The notes below the pieces were generated by a model, which was not told where the DNA came from, did no database searches, and saw nothing but the letters and a program-made list of their open reading frames with translations. Position numbers and translations under genes: made by a program. Shown here one piece after another: positions 7,909 through 18,478 of a DNA stretch of 64,000 bases (position 1 is its first letter; each line of letters opens with the position of its first letter). Source of the DNA: Gammaproteobacteria bacterium (GTDB lineage: Bacteria > Pseudomonadota > Gammaproteobacteria > Natronospirales > REEB76); assembly GCA_050739335.1 (NCBI GenBank), contig JBOIBB010000014.1, positions 18,535-82,534 on the forward strand, given 5' to 3'.

Positions 7909-10900
7909 TCAGGCGGCGGTTGCGTCGATTTCCTCCGGGTGATGCTCGCGCGCGAAGAAGGTGTACATGGTGGGCACCACAAACAAGGTGAAGCAGGTGC
8001 CGATGCCCATGCCGCAGGCGATCACCAAGCCGATATCGAAGCGGCTGACCGCGCCGGCGCCGGTGGCGATCAGCAACGGTACCACCCCGAGCACGATGGC
8101 CGCGGTGGTCATGAGGATCGGGCGCAAGCGCACCGCGGCGGCGTACTCGATAGCTTCGCGCTTGCTGCAGTGGGTTTGCATCTGGTGTTTGTTGGCGAAG
8201 TCCACCATGAGAATGCCGTGTTTGCTGATGAGCCCGATCAGGGTGACGAGTCCCACTTGCGTATAAATGTTGATGGTGGCCGCGCCGAGGAATATCGGTA
8301 TCAGCGCACCGAGAAACGCAAGCGGCACGCTGATCAGGATCACCAAGGGATCGCGCCAGCTCTCGAACTGCGCGGCCAGCACCAGGAAGATCACAATGAT
8401 GGCGAAGAATAACGCGATCACGAGTGCATTGCCGCTTTGCATGAATTGCCGCGATTCACCCGCGTAGTTCATGAAGTAACCCTTGGGAAAGTCCTGTTGT
8501 GCCTGCACCTTGAAGAAATCCAGCGCTTGCCCGAGCGACACGCCGGCCGCGGGCAGTGCCTGGATGGTGGCGGCGTTGAGCTGCTGGAATTGATTGAGCT
8601 GATCCGGTTCCACGCTCGCGTTCAGCTTGGCAATCGTGGAGAGCGGAATCATTGTGCCGTCGCCGGTGCGCACGTAATAATTCATGAGCTGCTCGCCGTT
8701 GCGCCGGAACTGATCGGCCACCTGCGGAATCACTTGGTAGCTGTAGCCCTGGAGGCTGAAGAAATTCAGATACCCGCCGCCCAGGAAGGTGCTGAGCGAG
8801 GACCCCAGGTCCTGCATGTTGATGCCCAACTGCCGCGCCTTGTTGCGGTTCACGTCAATGGTGAGCTGTGGGTTGTCGAATTTGAGATCGCTGTCCACGT
8901 AATAAAACATGCCGCTCTTGCGGGCGGCATCCATGATCTTTTCCTGTACCGGAAAGATATCCCGGTAGGACGCGGTCGAGCCCACCACGAATTGCACGGG
9001 CAGGCCGCTCGATCCGGGCAAGGAGGGCATATTGACGGCGACGCCGCGCAGGCCCGCCACCTGGTTCAGTTGTTGCTGCACGGCAGCTGAGATCTGGAAC
9101 TGGCTGCGATCGCGTTCGTCCCAGGGTTTCAGCACCATGAAGGCAATCAGATTGTTGGTGCCGCCCATGCCGTTGATGAGCGCGTAGGCATCCTGCTCGG
9201 GTATGGTCTTGAAGATCTTCTGCACCTGGGCACCGTAATCCAGCATGTAGTTATGCGTGGCGTCGCGCGGACCTTGAGCGGTCACGAACACGAAACCCTG
9301 ATCTTCGAGCGGCGCCAGTTCCTTCTGTGAAAAATGATAGAACGCAAAGCAGTTCAGCAGCACCATGATGGCCACAATAACCGTCACCGGACGCCAGTTG
9401 AGTGCCCGGTGCAGCAGGCCTTGATATCCATTCTTGATCCGGTCGAAGCGCTCGTTGAGCCAGTGTTCCAGCCGGCCTTCGCGCTCCGCGGTCGCCAGGA
9501 ACTTCGAGCACATCATGGGCGAGAGCGTAAGCGCGATGATGCCCGACAGAATCACCGCCCCCGCCAGCGTGAACGCAAACTCCCGGAACAGCGAGCCGGT
9601 CAGTCCGCCCACGAAGCCGATGGGGGCGTATACGGCCGCGAGCGTGATGGTCATGGCGATCACGGGGGTGGCGATTTCGCGTGCACCGATGAGCGCCGCC
9701 TGGAATGGAGATTTGCCGGCCTCGATGTGGCGGTGCGTGTTCTCGACCACCACGATGGCGTCGTCCACCACGAGGCCGATCGCCAGCACCATGGCGAGCA
9801 AGGTCAATAGATTGAGCGAGTAGCCCAGGAGCAGCATGAAGAAGGTCACGCCGATCAGCGAGAGCGGAATGGTGATCACCGGAATGATCACCGGCCGCAG
9901 GCCGCCCAGGAACAGGAAAATCACCACGATGACGATCAGCGCCGCCTCGACGATGGTCTTGATGACTTCGTAGATCGAGGTGCTGATGAACTGGGTGGCG
10001 TCGTAGGCCACCTTCACATGCAGTCCGGGCGGCAGTTGGCCTTCGGCGTCGGTGAGTTGCGTGCGCACCTGCTTGACGACGGTGAGCGGATTGGCGTCGG
10101 GCGTGGGATTGATGGCGACAAATACCGACGGAATGCCGCTGAAATTTACCGAGGTGTCATAGGTTTGCGACCCCAGTTCCACCTTGGCGACATCCTTGAT
10201 GCGCACCAGCGCGCCGTTCTGGCTGCGCAGCACGATGTCGCCGAAGTCCCGGGCGCTGCTCAGATCGGTGCTGGCCGCGATGTTCATGGCCACGTAATTA
10301 CCCTTGGTGGCGCCGGGCGAGGCCAAGTAATTGTTTTGCAGCAGGGCCGCGGAGACGTCACTGGCTGTCACGCCGTAGGCCGCCATCTTGGCCGGATCCA
10401 GCCAGATGCGCATGGCGTAAGGAAAGCCGAACACTTGCGCCTGAGCCACGCCGTTGACGGTCTGAATCTTGGGTTGGATCACGCGCGTCACGTAATCGGT
10501 GATCTGCCCCTGAGTCATGGCATTGGAATAGAAGCTGATGAACATGATCGCCGTGTTCATCACCTGGGAAGACTGTATCACCGGTGCCTGCGACTGCGGC
10601 GGCAGCACGTTTTTTACCTGGTCCACTTTCGACATGATGTCGGTGAGGGCCTTGTGCACGTCGTAGTTGAGCTTGAGAAACACCGTGATGGTGCTCAAGC
10701 CCTGGGCGCTGGAGGAAGTGATGTAGTCGATGCCCTCGGCGCTGGCGACGGATTGCTGGATCGGCTGGGTGATAAAACCCTGCACCACATTGGCGCTTGC
10801 GCCCGGGTACGCGGTATTGATGGTGATCTGGCCGGTCTCGAGCTTGGGATACTGGCGCAGTTCCATCTTGTTGATGGAATTCAGCCCGAGCAGCAGGATG

Positions 10901-10959
10901 ATCAGGCTCACCACCGTCGCCAGCACCGGCCGGCGCACGAATATGTCGGTGAATTTCAT
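7909..10959 (-). CDS. RND (HAE1, AcrB/MdtB-like) efflux permease
   Basis: The protein is 1016 aa with an N-terminus MKFTDIFVRRPVLATVVSLIILLLGL. It shows the 12-TM, two-large-loop organisation typical of AcrB-family pumps. Confidence 0.9.
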   Translation of the reverse strand: MKFTDIFVRRPVLATVVSLIILLLGLNSINKMELRQYPKLETGQITINTAYPGASANVVQGFITQPIQQSVASAEGIDYITSSSAQGLSTITVFLKLNYDVHKALTDIMSKVDQVKNVLPPQSQAPVIQSSQVMNTAIMFISFYSNAMTQGQITDYVTRVIQPKIQTVNGVAQAQVFGFPYAMRIWLDPAKMAAYGVTASDVSAALLQNNYLASPGATKGNYVAMNIAASTDLSSARDFGDIVLRSQNGALVRIKDVAKVELGSQTYDTSVNFSGIPSVFVAINPTPDANPLTVVKQVRTQLTDAEGQLPPGLHVKVAYDATQFISTSIYEVIKTIVEAALIVIVVIFLFLGGLRPVIIPVITIPLSLIGVTFFMLLLGYSLNLLTLLAMVLAIGLVVDDAIVVVENTHRHIEAGKSPFQAALIGAREIATPVIAMTITLAAVYAPIGFVGGLTGSLFREFAFTLAGAVILSGIIALTLSPMMCSKFLATAEREGRLEHWLNERFDRIKNGYQGLLHRALNWRPVTVIVAIMVLLNCFAFYHFSQKELAPLEDQGFVFVTAQGPRDATHNYMLDYGAQVQKIFKTIPEQDAYALINGMGGTNNLIAFMVLKPWDERDRSQFQISAAVQQQLNQVAGLRGVAVNMPSLPGSSGLPVQFVVGSTASYRDIFPVQEKIMDAARKSGMFYYVDSDLKFDNPQLTIDVNRNKARQLGINMQDLGSSLSTFLGGGYLNFFSLQGYSYQVIPQVADQFRRNGEQLMNYYVRTGDGTMIPLSTIAKLNASVEPDQLNQFQQLNAATIQALPAAGVSLGQALDFFKVQAQQDFPKGYFMNYAGESRQFMQSGNALVIALFFAIIVIFLVLAAQFESWRDPLVILISVPLAFLGALIPIFLGAATINIYTQVGLVTLIGLISKHGILMVDFANKHQMQTHCSKREAIEYAAAVRLRPILMTTAAIVLGVVPLLIATGAGAVSRFDIGLVIACGMGIGTCFTLFVVPTMYTFFAREHHPEEIDATAA

Positions 10960-10978
10960 GTCGCGTGACTCCGGCCGG

Positions 10979-12076
10979 TCAGTCCAGCTTCACGCTGTTG
11001 TTGATTTCCACCTGCATGCCGTTTTGCAGTTTTTGCTGGCCCGCCGTAACCACGACGTCGCCGGCTTTGAGCCCCTGGATGATGGCCACGCGGCCGTCGC
11101 GCTCCTGGCCGGTAGTGACATTCTGTTGGGTAACCTTGAGTTCCGGTGTACCGTCCGCGTTCTTGCCGTCCTGCTGGACGATAAAGACTGAGCTCCCGTA
11201 AAGCGTATAGGCTACGGCGCTGGTCGGAATCGTCACCACGGACTCAGGCGCACCGGCGAAGAGCCTCACGTTCGCGAACAAGCCGGCGCGCAGCAGGTGC
11301 TTGGGATTGTGGATCGTGGCCTGCACGGTCACGTTGTGGGTGTTGGGATCCACATTCGGATTGATGGCGTTCACCTCGCCGTCGAAGATTTGGCCTGCGT
11401 AGGCGTCCACGGTCACTTCCACATGGGCGCCCCGGGCGAGTTGCGCCAAATCCTGCTCCGGCAAGGCAAATTGCACGTACAACGGATCGAGCGACTGCAG
11501 GCTCGCGATCGCGGTGCCGGCCGGCAGGTATTGACCGAGGTTCACGTTGCGGATGCCAATGTGCCCGGCAAAGGGGGCGCGAATCGCGAGCTTGTCAATT
11601 GTGGTCTGCACATTGTCGAGATTCGATTGTGCCTGACGGAAATTGTTTTCCGCGGTATCAAAATCCGACTTGGCGATCAGATGCTGCTTGACGAGTTCCT
11701 GGGCACGTTGGTAATTGGTTTTGGTGAGGCGCACTTGCGCCTGCAAACCGATCAATTGCGCGCGCTGACTACTATCGTCGAGCTGCACCAGCAGTTGGCC
11801 TTTCCGGACTTCGGTTCCCGATTGGAAATAGATCCCGGTAACGTTGCCTGCGATCTGGTTGCTGATGTCGGTGCCTTGCACCGGCGTGAGGTTGCCTACC
11901 GAGGTAAAAAACGGCTGCCAGCTCTCCGCGCGGACGGGTGCATCCGAGACCACGACCTCCTGTTTCATGTGCTTGAACTGCTGGATGGCGGCGCGCACGC
12001 GCAACCCGAAGGCTCCATAGATAAGCAGCATGCAACCGAGAATGATGGCAACAGCGATGATAATGCGTTTGGTCAT
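10979..12076 (-). CDS. RND periplasmic adaptor (membrane fusion protein, HlyD/AcrA family)
   Basis: It has an N-terminal anchor (MTKRIIIAVAIILGCMLLIYG), a coiled-coil hairpin and beta-barrel segments, and lies 19 nt upstream of the permease. The start is set at ATG 12076. No outer-membrane factor gene is adjacent. Confidence 0.85.
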   Translation of the reverse strand: MTKRIIIAVAIILGCMLLIYGAFGLRVRAAIQQFKHMKQEVVVSDAPVRAESWQPFFTSVGNLTPVQGTDISNQIAGNVTGIYFQSGTEVRKGQLLVQLDDSSQRAQLIGLQAQVRLTKTNYQRAQELVKQHLIAKSDFDTAENNFRQAQSNLDNVQTTIDKLAIRAPFAGHIGIRNVNLGQYLPAGTAIASLQSLDPLYVQFALPEQDLAQLARGAHVEVTVDAYAGQIFDGEVNAINPNVDPNTHNVTVQATIHNPKHLLRAGLFANVRLFAGAPESVVTIPTSAVAYTLYGSSVFIVQQDGKNADGTPELKVTQQNVTTGQERDGRVAIIQGLKAGDVVVTAGQQKLQNGMQVEINNSVKLD

Positions 12077-12203
12077 GTGAGGTTCTCGTTTCCAGGCCGG
12101 TCGGGGCTGGAATTCACGGCCCGCGAGTTGCAATGTCGGGCGAGATAAGCGTGCGCCGCACTCAGCGCCGTGTGCCCGTAGTCACACACGCAGCTCTCAG
12201 CGC

Positions 12204-12229
12204 CGAAGGCTGCAGTGCTGCAGCCTTCG
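12204..12229. repeat. Perfect 12-bp-arm palindrome in the 500-bp intergenic region
   Basis: The sequence is CGAAGGCTGCAG-tg-CTGCAGCCTTCG. I checked all 12 arm positions base by base and all pair. Confidence 0.9.
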
Positions 12230-12598
12230 AGAGAGCGTATCGGACGGTGTAGCGCAACCAGACGGCTATCGAGGATCGAGCAGCGTTGCGCAGGGCTGCG
12301 TGCCGTAGGCGCTCAACTCGATCGCGTCCCAGCCCGCTGCGCAAAACTGCTTGCACGTGCTTTTGCAGAACAGTTTGAGGTCGAATGCGCTGGCGTCGCG
12401 ACACGGCACGCGTACCCAAACACAAATCCCTGACTTTCACGCGGCGGTCCCTTGGGGCAGGCCAAAAGCAGCGCGCATCCTATATCGGGCCGATACCCAG
12501 CGCAAGCGCGTTCGCTCAACGCAGACAAGAAACCCGAGCGTCCCCGGCCGGACGCGGAATTGCCGGCGGGCGTGCAAGGCGGCGCGGGGTGAGCTCGT

Positions 12599-12604
12599 TA
12601 TAAT
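12599..12604 (+). promoter_or_regulatory. Candidate sigma70 -10 box for ugd
   Basis: A perfect TATAAT lies 30 nt upstream of the ugd ATG in otherwise GC-rich DNA. There is no convincing -35 element. Confidence 0.3.
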
Positions 12605-12633
12605 GCGCACCTTCTTTACCAATAGTCTGAAAC

Positions 12634-13974
12634 ATGAAAATCACGGTACACGGCAGTGGCTATGTGGGGCTGGTGACGGCCGCCTGTTTCGCCAGCATGG
12701 GTAACGAGGTGCTGGGGGTGGACGTCGACCGGGAACGCGTTGCGAGCCTCAATCGCGGCGAGATACCGATCGTCGAGCCGGGTCTCGACGCCCTGGTGGC
12801 CGATGGTCTCGCGAGCAAACGCCTCAAGTTCACTGACGTTCCGGCCGAGGGCGTGGAATTCGGACTCGCGCAGTTCATCGCCGTGGGCACACCACCCGAT
12901 GAAGACGGGTCCGCGGATCTGCGCCATGTGTTGCAGGTGGCGCACAGCATCGGGCAATACATGCAATCCGAGAAGATCGTGGCCGACAAGTCCACGGTTC
13001 CAGTCGGCACCGCCGACGAGGTGCGCAATACCATCGCCGGAGAACTCAACAAGCGCGGTCTGCAATTGCCCTTCGCCGTGGTGTCTAACCCGGAGTTTCT
13101 CAAGGAGGGCAGCGCTGTCGATGACTTCAATTCACCGGACCGCATCCTGGTGGGTGCCGACAGCCCGCGTGGCATCGAGGTGATGCGCACGCTGTATGCA
13201 CCGTTCACGCGCAATCACGAGCGGATCATGGTGATGGCGGTGCGGGATGCGGAATTTACCAAATACGCCGCCAATTCGATGCTCGCGGCACGCATCAGCA
13301 TGATGAACGAGTTCGCCAACATCGCCGAACACCTGGGCGTGGATATCGAACAGGTTCGCAAGGGCATCGGATCGGACAAGCGTATTGGTTATCCCTTCTT
13401 GTATCCGGGCGCGGGTTACGGCGGCTCCTGCTTTCCAAAAGATGTATCCGCGCTCGCCCGTGCCGCGACCAAGTCGGGCTGTCAGCCGGTCCTGCTACAA
13501 GCGGTCGAAGCCGTGAACCATCGCCAGAAGCAGACCTTGTTTGCAAAAATCAGCGCGCACTTCACCGGCCGGCTCCCGGGCTTGACCGTGGCGCTCTGGG
13601 GGCTCGCTTTCAAGCCGAACACCGATGACATGCGCGAGGCCCCGAGCCGGATCTTGATGGAGGCGCTGTGGAAGGCCGGCGCGCGGGTGCGGGCTTTCGA
13701 TCCGGCGGCGATGCAGATCGCGCGCCGCTTGTACCCCAACGAGCCGCTGTTGACGCTCTGCGAGTCGCCGCTGGCCTGCCTGGAGAACGCCGATGCCCTG
13801 GCGGTGGTGACGGAATGGGGGCAGTTCCGCAGCCCGAATTTTGCCGAGATGCGGCATCGCCTGAAGCACGCAGTGATCTTCGACGGCCGTAACCTTTATA
13901 ATCCGGCGAGCATGCGAAGCGCCGGATTCACTTATTATTCTGTCGGCCGGCCGGTCGTGCGCAATCAGGACTGA
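12634..13974 (+). CDS. ugd: UDP-glucose 6-dehydrogenase
   Basis: It has an N-terminal Rossmann motif (HGSGYVGLV) and the catalytic Cys motif [11 protein letters not shown]. The length is 446 aa. Confidence 0.9.
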   Translation: MKITVHGSGYVGLVTAACFASMGNEVLGVDVDRERVASLNRGEIPIVEPGLDALVADGLASKRLKFTDVPAEGVEFGLAQFIAVGTPPDEDGSADLRHVLQVAHSIGQYMQSEKIVADKSTVPVGTADEVRNTIAGELNKRGLQLPFAVVSNPEFLKEGSAVDDFNSPDRILVGADSPRGIEVMRTLYAPFTRNHERIMVMAVRDAEFTKYAANSMLAARISMMNEFANIAEHLGVDIEQVRKGIGSDKRIGYPFLYPGAGYGGSCFPKDVSALARAATKSGCQPVLLQAVEAVNHRQKQTLFAKISAHFTGRLPGLTVALWGLAFKPNTDDMREAPSRILMEALWKAGARVRAFDPAAMQIARRLYPNEPLLTLCESPLACLENADALAVVTEWGQFRSPNFAEMRHRLKHAVIFDGRNLYNPASMRSAGFTYYSVGRPVVRNQD

Positions 13975-16223
13975 CTTGTTTCGGACCGTTGGCGGCGCAG
14001 GCGCGCCGCCTCAAGCAGCAGCAGCACCGCCAGAAGCGCCAGGCCGAATCCGCCACCACCCGATTTACCACTGGTCACCGTGAGGCTCACAGATGCAGTG
14101 GCGGTTACGCCAAAGGCATTGGTGCAGGTAAGAGTCACGCTGTACTGACCGCCCGAGGTGTAGCTCACCGAGGGGTTTGGGGTACTCGCACCCGGGATTC
14201 CGGAGCTGGCACCGAAATTCCAGTCGTAAGTCATCCCACCGGGGGCACCGTTGGCTGCACACGTGCCGGTAAAGTTGAGCGTGTTGTTGGGACTGACCGC
14301 AACGTTGTTGGCGGGGCTCAGGATGCTCGCGCTGGGCGCCGGGTATTGCGCTGCCGCCGAACGCACGGCGTTCGGCAGGCCGTAGCCGTACACCCCGTTC
14401 GGACTGCCGTTGCCGAGTTCCATGGCTCCAGCCTTGAGCATGGCGTAGGGGTCGACGCTTGGGAAGCCGGATTCAAACAGCGCAATCAGGCCCGCGATGT
14501 GCGGTGCCGCCGCCGAGGTTCCGCAGAACGGCTCGCTGAAATTGCCGGCGCCCGTGGTCGTGACGCAGTCCACTCCTACAATATCCGGCTTCATGCGGGT
14601 GCTGGGACCGGACGCGGGTTGAAACAAAAATACCGGGCCTTGGGAACTGTAGGGCTCGATTTGATAGTTGGGGTTATTCAGTGCGGACACCGCCCCGACC
14701 GTGATTTCCGCGGGGTAGGGCAAGGCGGATTGTCCGTAGATACTGCCCGCGGGCGTGACGGGACTGAGCAGGATTTGGGAATTCGTAGTGCTCGCCAGAA
14801 TCTTGAGATGGGTATCGGGGCTGCCGTCCGCAGCGGCGTAGAGAATTTCCAGGTACACGGTAGCCGCGCTGGAACCCGTGTTATCCCAAGAGTTGCCCTG
14901 AATCGGTTGTGGCCCGGGCGTGTTGGTTGGGCCAGCGGTGCCACTAAAGGGACAGCTGGCGGGCGAGGGAGGCGCAGCGACGCCACCGAAATTGCTGCCG
15001 ATGTTGCAAACCAGCACGTTGCCATTGGCACCCGTCAAAACGACGTCGTAATCGTTCGGGTCGTTGGGCGTGCTGCTGGTTACCGTATTACTTGGCACCC
15101 AGGTGTCGCCCCATTCGACGACCCAGTTGAGGGTGTCTCCGGGCTGTACGGTCATGGTCAACGAAGTAAGCGGCGATTCGGAGGTGCCAAAATTCTGCAG
15201 CGACGCGTAGGTGATGCCGTTGATCGTCACCGGTTTGCCGTTGTTGACCACGGAGTTCGGCAATGCCAAAGGATTCCAGCTGCCCGCCCAGAAGCCTTCG
15301 GCATCGTTCCCAGCGGCTGTCAGCAGACGCACGGCCGGATTGGCACTCGAAAAGCTTGCCACCGCGCTGGCGAAGCTGCCGTCCGTGAACATCGCGACTC
15401 CGGCAAAACCAAGATCGTCCACGATCACCAAATTTATATTGCCGAAATGGTTGGCGAAATCGCTGAGGCAAGTGACAAAGTCCACGGTGGTTTGCGGGCC
15501 GCAGAAGCCTAATTGCACGCCCGGCGCGAGGTCGTAGACGATCTCCATCATGGCGGTGCCTTCATCTCCAGCGCTCTTGAAACTGCCCGCATCATTGGGA
15601 TCGTTCCAGATCACGGACGGGAGATCTCCCGAAGCTTGCGATGTGGCGATTTGGTCGTCGCCGTCGGAGATGACGCCGACCGCGACACCCTTGCCCGTGT
15701 AGCCGGTGAGTTGACGGTATTGCGCGGCCCCCAGTATCTGATCGCCCGCGGTATCCACACTTCCGGTGCGCGGCGAGGGGGGAGCTGGCGGCTGCCGCTT
15801 GACCAGCGCGTAGCGAGGCACCGTGATCCGCGTGACATTTTGCAGTGCGGCCGCTGCGGGTAACTTCCCGGCCGGAATCCATGCCTGAACCACATCCAGG
15901 CCGCGGCTGACGATCACGTCGGTGGCGCCCAGGGCCGTCAAGGCGGCGGCGTCCGGAGTACCGCCGTATCTATTGAAGTGCAGATAAACCTGGACCGCGC
16001 CGCTCGCATTCCAGCGTGGGCTCAGCGGTGCCGCACGCCGGAACAGTTGCTGGGTCAGAGATCGCGCCATGACGGATTGCGTTTGGTGGTGTGCCGCAAG
16101 CTCCGCAACCATCGCGAGCCTCGCGCTCAGTTTGCCGGTTGCTCCCGGCAGGTTCGCTGCGGCCATGACCGGGACAGTGGTGACGGCAAGCAGCGAGCCC
16201 AGCAATACGCCGGTGAGCTTCAT
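13965..16223 (-). CDS. Secreted clan-SB (subtilase/sedolisin-like) serine peptidase with an N-terminal propeptide, a PKD domain and a GlyGly-CTERM-type tail
   Basis: There is a signal peptide. The Asp block is [14 protein letters not shown], the Asn block [11 protein letters not shown] and the Ser block [21 protein letters not shown]-like segment contains YDWNFG. The tail is [30 protein letters not shown]. Confidence 0.85.
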   Translation of the reverse strand: MKLTGVLLGSLLAVTTVPVMAAANLPGATGKLSARLAMVAELAAHHQTQSVMARSLTQQLFRRAAPLSPRWNASGAVQVYLHFNRYGGTPDAAALTALGATDVIVSRGLDVVQAWIPAGKLPAAAALQNVTRITVPRYALVKRQPPAPPSPRTGSVDTAGDQILGAAQYRQLTGYTGKGVAVGVISDGDDQIATSQASGDLPSVIWNDPNDAGSFKSAGDEGTAMMEIVYDLAPGVQLGFCGPQTTVDFVTCLSDFANHFGNINLVIVDDLGFAGVAMFTDGSFASAVASFSSANPAVRLLTAAGNDAEGFWAGSWNPLALPNSVVNNGKPVTINGITYASLQNFGTSESPLTSLTMTVQPGDTLNWVVEWGDTWVPSNTVTSSTPNDPNDYDVVLTGANGNVLVCNIGSNFGGVAAPPSPASCPFSGTAGPTNTPGPQPIQGNSWDNTGSSAATVYLEILYAAADGSPDTHLKILASTTNSQILLSPVTPAGSIYGQSALPYPAEITVGAVSALNNPNYQIEPYSSQGPVFLFQPASGPSTRMKPDIVGVDCVTTTGAGNFSEPFCGTSAAAPHIAGLIALFESGFPSVDPYAMLKAGAMELGNGSPNGVYGYGLPNAVRSAAAQYPAPSASILSPANNVAVSPNNTLNFTGTCAANGAPGGMTYDWNFGASSGIPGASTPNPSVSYTSGGQYSVTLTCTNAFGVTATASVSLTVTSGKSGGGGFGLALLAVLLLLEAARLRRQRSETSQS

Positions 16224-16234
16224 AGGTTGTGAAC

Positions 16235-16651
16235 TCAGCGCGGGATGGCGTACTGCGGCGGTGTGACGCGCGTCACGAAGGGCAGTGCCGCTATGACCAT
16301 GAGATTATTGGGCCGGATCCAGCCCTGGACGATGCGCAGCGCGGGGCTCGCGAGCATATTCTGCAGGCCGTTCGCGCCGAGCATCTTGAGATGCTCGGCG
16401 GAAGTATCGGTCACATGCACATACACCTGGATGTTGCCGGCGGCATCGCTGCGTACCAGCCCGGTCAAGGGTGCCTGTGCGGCACCGCTTTCGAGCTCTT
16501 CGGCGGCACGTTGCAGCCGCGGTGCGATCTTTGCACGCGCCTCCGCTGAGCCCACCGATGCGGTAGCCATCGGCGGTGTGCAACCCAAGCCGGCCAACAT
16601 CAGTACTGCGGCTCCAAAAACCATGCGCGACGAGCGGAGGATCTTCTGCAC
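16235..16651 (-). CDS. Stand-alone secreted paralogue of the protease propeptide domain
   Basis: It has a signal-like N-terminus. Residues ~40-138 align by eye with protease residues ~30-135 ([24 protein letters not shown]; [18 protein letters not shown]; [67 protein letters not shown]). It stops 11 nt before the protease start. Confidence 0.7.
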   Translation of the reverse strand: MQKILRSSRMVFGAAVLMLAGLGCTPPMATASVGSAEARAKIAPRLQRAAEELESGAAQAPLTGLVRSDAAGNIQVYVHVTDTSAEHLKMLGANGLQNMLASPALRIVQGWIRPNNLMVIAALPFVTRVTPPQYAIPR

Positions 16652-16735
16652 AGCGCGTACCCCAAGTCAGGATTGGATGTGGATTATTTTACCGTGGGGT
16701 CAGCCCGTAACGGCACAGTCCCGGCTGCGTGCCGT

Positions 16736-18478
16736 TCAGTCAGCGGAATCGCTGGTGCCCGCAGGCAATGCGGACGTGCCCGGTGCGTCCGGCAACGGCT
16801 GCTGCAGGGCTGCGGCGAGCGGCTGCAAGTGCCGGCGGTAATGCTGCCAACGGCCTACGGAACTGTGGTAAACGGGTTTCCTCACTTGGGTGGCGCTGGC
16901 CGTAGCCACCGCCCGGCGCACCGACTGGAACTCGAGGCAGGCTGGATCAAAAGGCAGCCCGCAATGCGCGAGCACCCGGCGCAACTGGATTTCCGGCGCG
17001 GCCACCATGGATTCGTAATCGACGTCGAGGCTGCGTCCGGCGGGCAGAACCCGTTGCCAGTGTTCCATCATCTCCTCATACAAGCGGTAGCGCTCGCCAA
17101 GATCCCGCAGGTCGTAGGTGAAATCCAGGCGTGAGGAAAACAGGTGCTCGTAACAGCTCAGGCAGGTATCGAACGGATTGCGGCGCGTATGGATGATGGT
17201 CGCCTTGGGGAACATTAGCTGGATCATCCCCAGCATCTGATAGTTTCCAGGCATCTTGTCGGTGAAGCGCGCGTGCACGCGGCGCAGCGACTCCGTGAGA
17301 CGGGCATACTCTGCGCAGGCGCGCTCGAGATCGGCAATCACTTCGGTATCGCTGCCGGGCGACGCGCGTCCGCGTGCGCCCCAGGTGTCACCCACGGCTT
17401 GGCAAATATCCGGCAGATAGGCAAGCTCGCCCCCGGCCTGCACCTTGGGGTGGGCGGCGAGCATCTGCTCCACCAGCGTCGAGCCCGAGCGCGGCATTCC
17501 CACGATGAAAATCGGTTGCAAGTCACAATGGATCTTGTCCTTGAAGCGCTCAAACAGGGCGGGCACAAAGAAGGCTTTCAGGCGCCGCACGCGTTCGATT
17601 GAGTCGGCCGGATCATAAGCCAGTGCACTGTGTTTCAGTGCATTGGCGGCCTGCAAATACCCGAAGGCACGGTCGTAGTCGCCGCGTTGCGCGCACACGA
17701 TGGCCAATGCGAATCCCGCATCGATGCGACCTTCCGCAGTGACGCCCGAGCCCTCGGCCGCACGTTGTTCGAGCATGCTGAGCTGCTGGTCATCCACCTC
17801 ACCGAGGCTCGCAAGCTGGTAGTAGCCCGCGATCGTTGGATCCAGCATGAGCGCCGCCCGGCAGGCCGTGTACGCCTTGTCGGTCTTTCCGAGCATGGCG
17901 AGCGCCACGCTCGCGTTGAAATAGGCCGGCGCGTAATTCGGGTCGATGCGTCGCGCCATATCGAGCATCACGAGAGCGTCTTGCTGCCTCCCGTGCTTGA
18001 TCCAGATGCTCGCGAGGCGTGCGGACGGCCCGGCATCTTGCGGGTGACGTTGCATCGCCGCACGCAAAACTTCCTCGGCCTGTTGCAACTTGCCGGTTTC
18101 GGCAAGCTCCTGGGCAAAATCCATGGCATGCATGGCACGTGCAGGGTCGGCGCGCATCGCCCACCGAAAGGCCTCACTGGCGCGCGCGTGCTGACGCAAG
18201 TTACGCATGGCCTGGCCCGCGCCGTTCCAGCTCATGGCCTCGTTGGACTTGTCGGGCGCCTGCCTTACCGCCTGGTGAAACTGTTCAATGGCATCCTCGT
18301 TGCGGTTTTCGGCAAGGGCGATAGTGCCGGCGAGATGCAGCAACTGATAATCCCGCGGGCGGTCTTGCAGCAACGCATCCACGGCTTGACGCGCAGCCGC
18401 GATGTCGCCGGCGTCGACTTGGCGCACGATCGCCTGCACGTCGGCGGGTATTGCCATGGCTGCTTGCGTTTCGCTCAT
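16736..18478 (-). CDS. TPR-repeat sulfotransferase family protein (paralogue 1)
   Basis: The N-terminal half is TPR repeats. The 5'-PSB-like loop is FIVGMPRSGSTLVEQML and the 3'-PB-like motif is HTRRNPFDTCLSCY. The start overlaps the upstream stop (ATGA). Confidence 0.8.
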   Translation of the reverse strand: MSETQAAMAIPADVQAIVRQVDAGDIAAARQAVDALLQDRPRDYQLLHLAGTIALAENRNEDAIEQFHQAVRQAPDKSNEAMSWNGAGQAMRNLRQHARASEAFRWAMRADPARAMHAMDFAQELAETGKLQQAEEVLRAAMQRHPQDAGPSARLASIWIKHGRQQDALVMLDMARRIDPNYAPAYFNASVALAMLGKTDKAYTACRAALMLDPTIAGYYQLASLGEVDDQQLSMLEQRAAEGSGVTAEGRIDAGFALAIVCAQRGDYDRAFGYLQAANALKHSALAYDPADSIERVRRLKAFFVPALFERFKDKIHCDLQPIFIVGMPRSGSTLVEQMLAAHPKVQAGGELAYLPDICQAVGDTWGARGRASPGSDTEVIADLERACAEYARLTESLRRVHARFTDKMPGNYQMLGMIQLMFPKATIIHTRRNPFDTCLSCYEHLFSSRLDFTYDLRDLGERYRLYEEMMEHWQRVLPAGRSLDVDYESMVAAPEIQLRRVLAHCGLPFDPACLEFQSVRRAVATASATQVRKPVYHSSVGRWQHYRRHLQPLAAALQQPLPDAPGTSALPAGTSDSAD

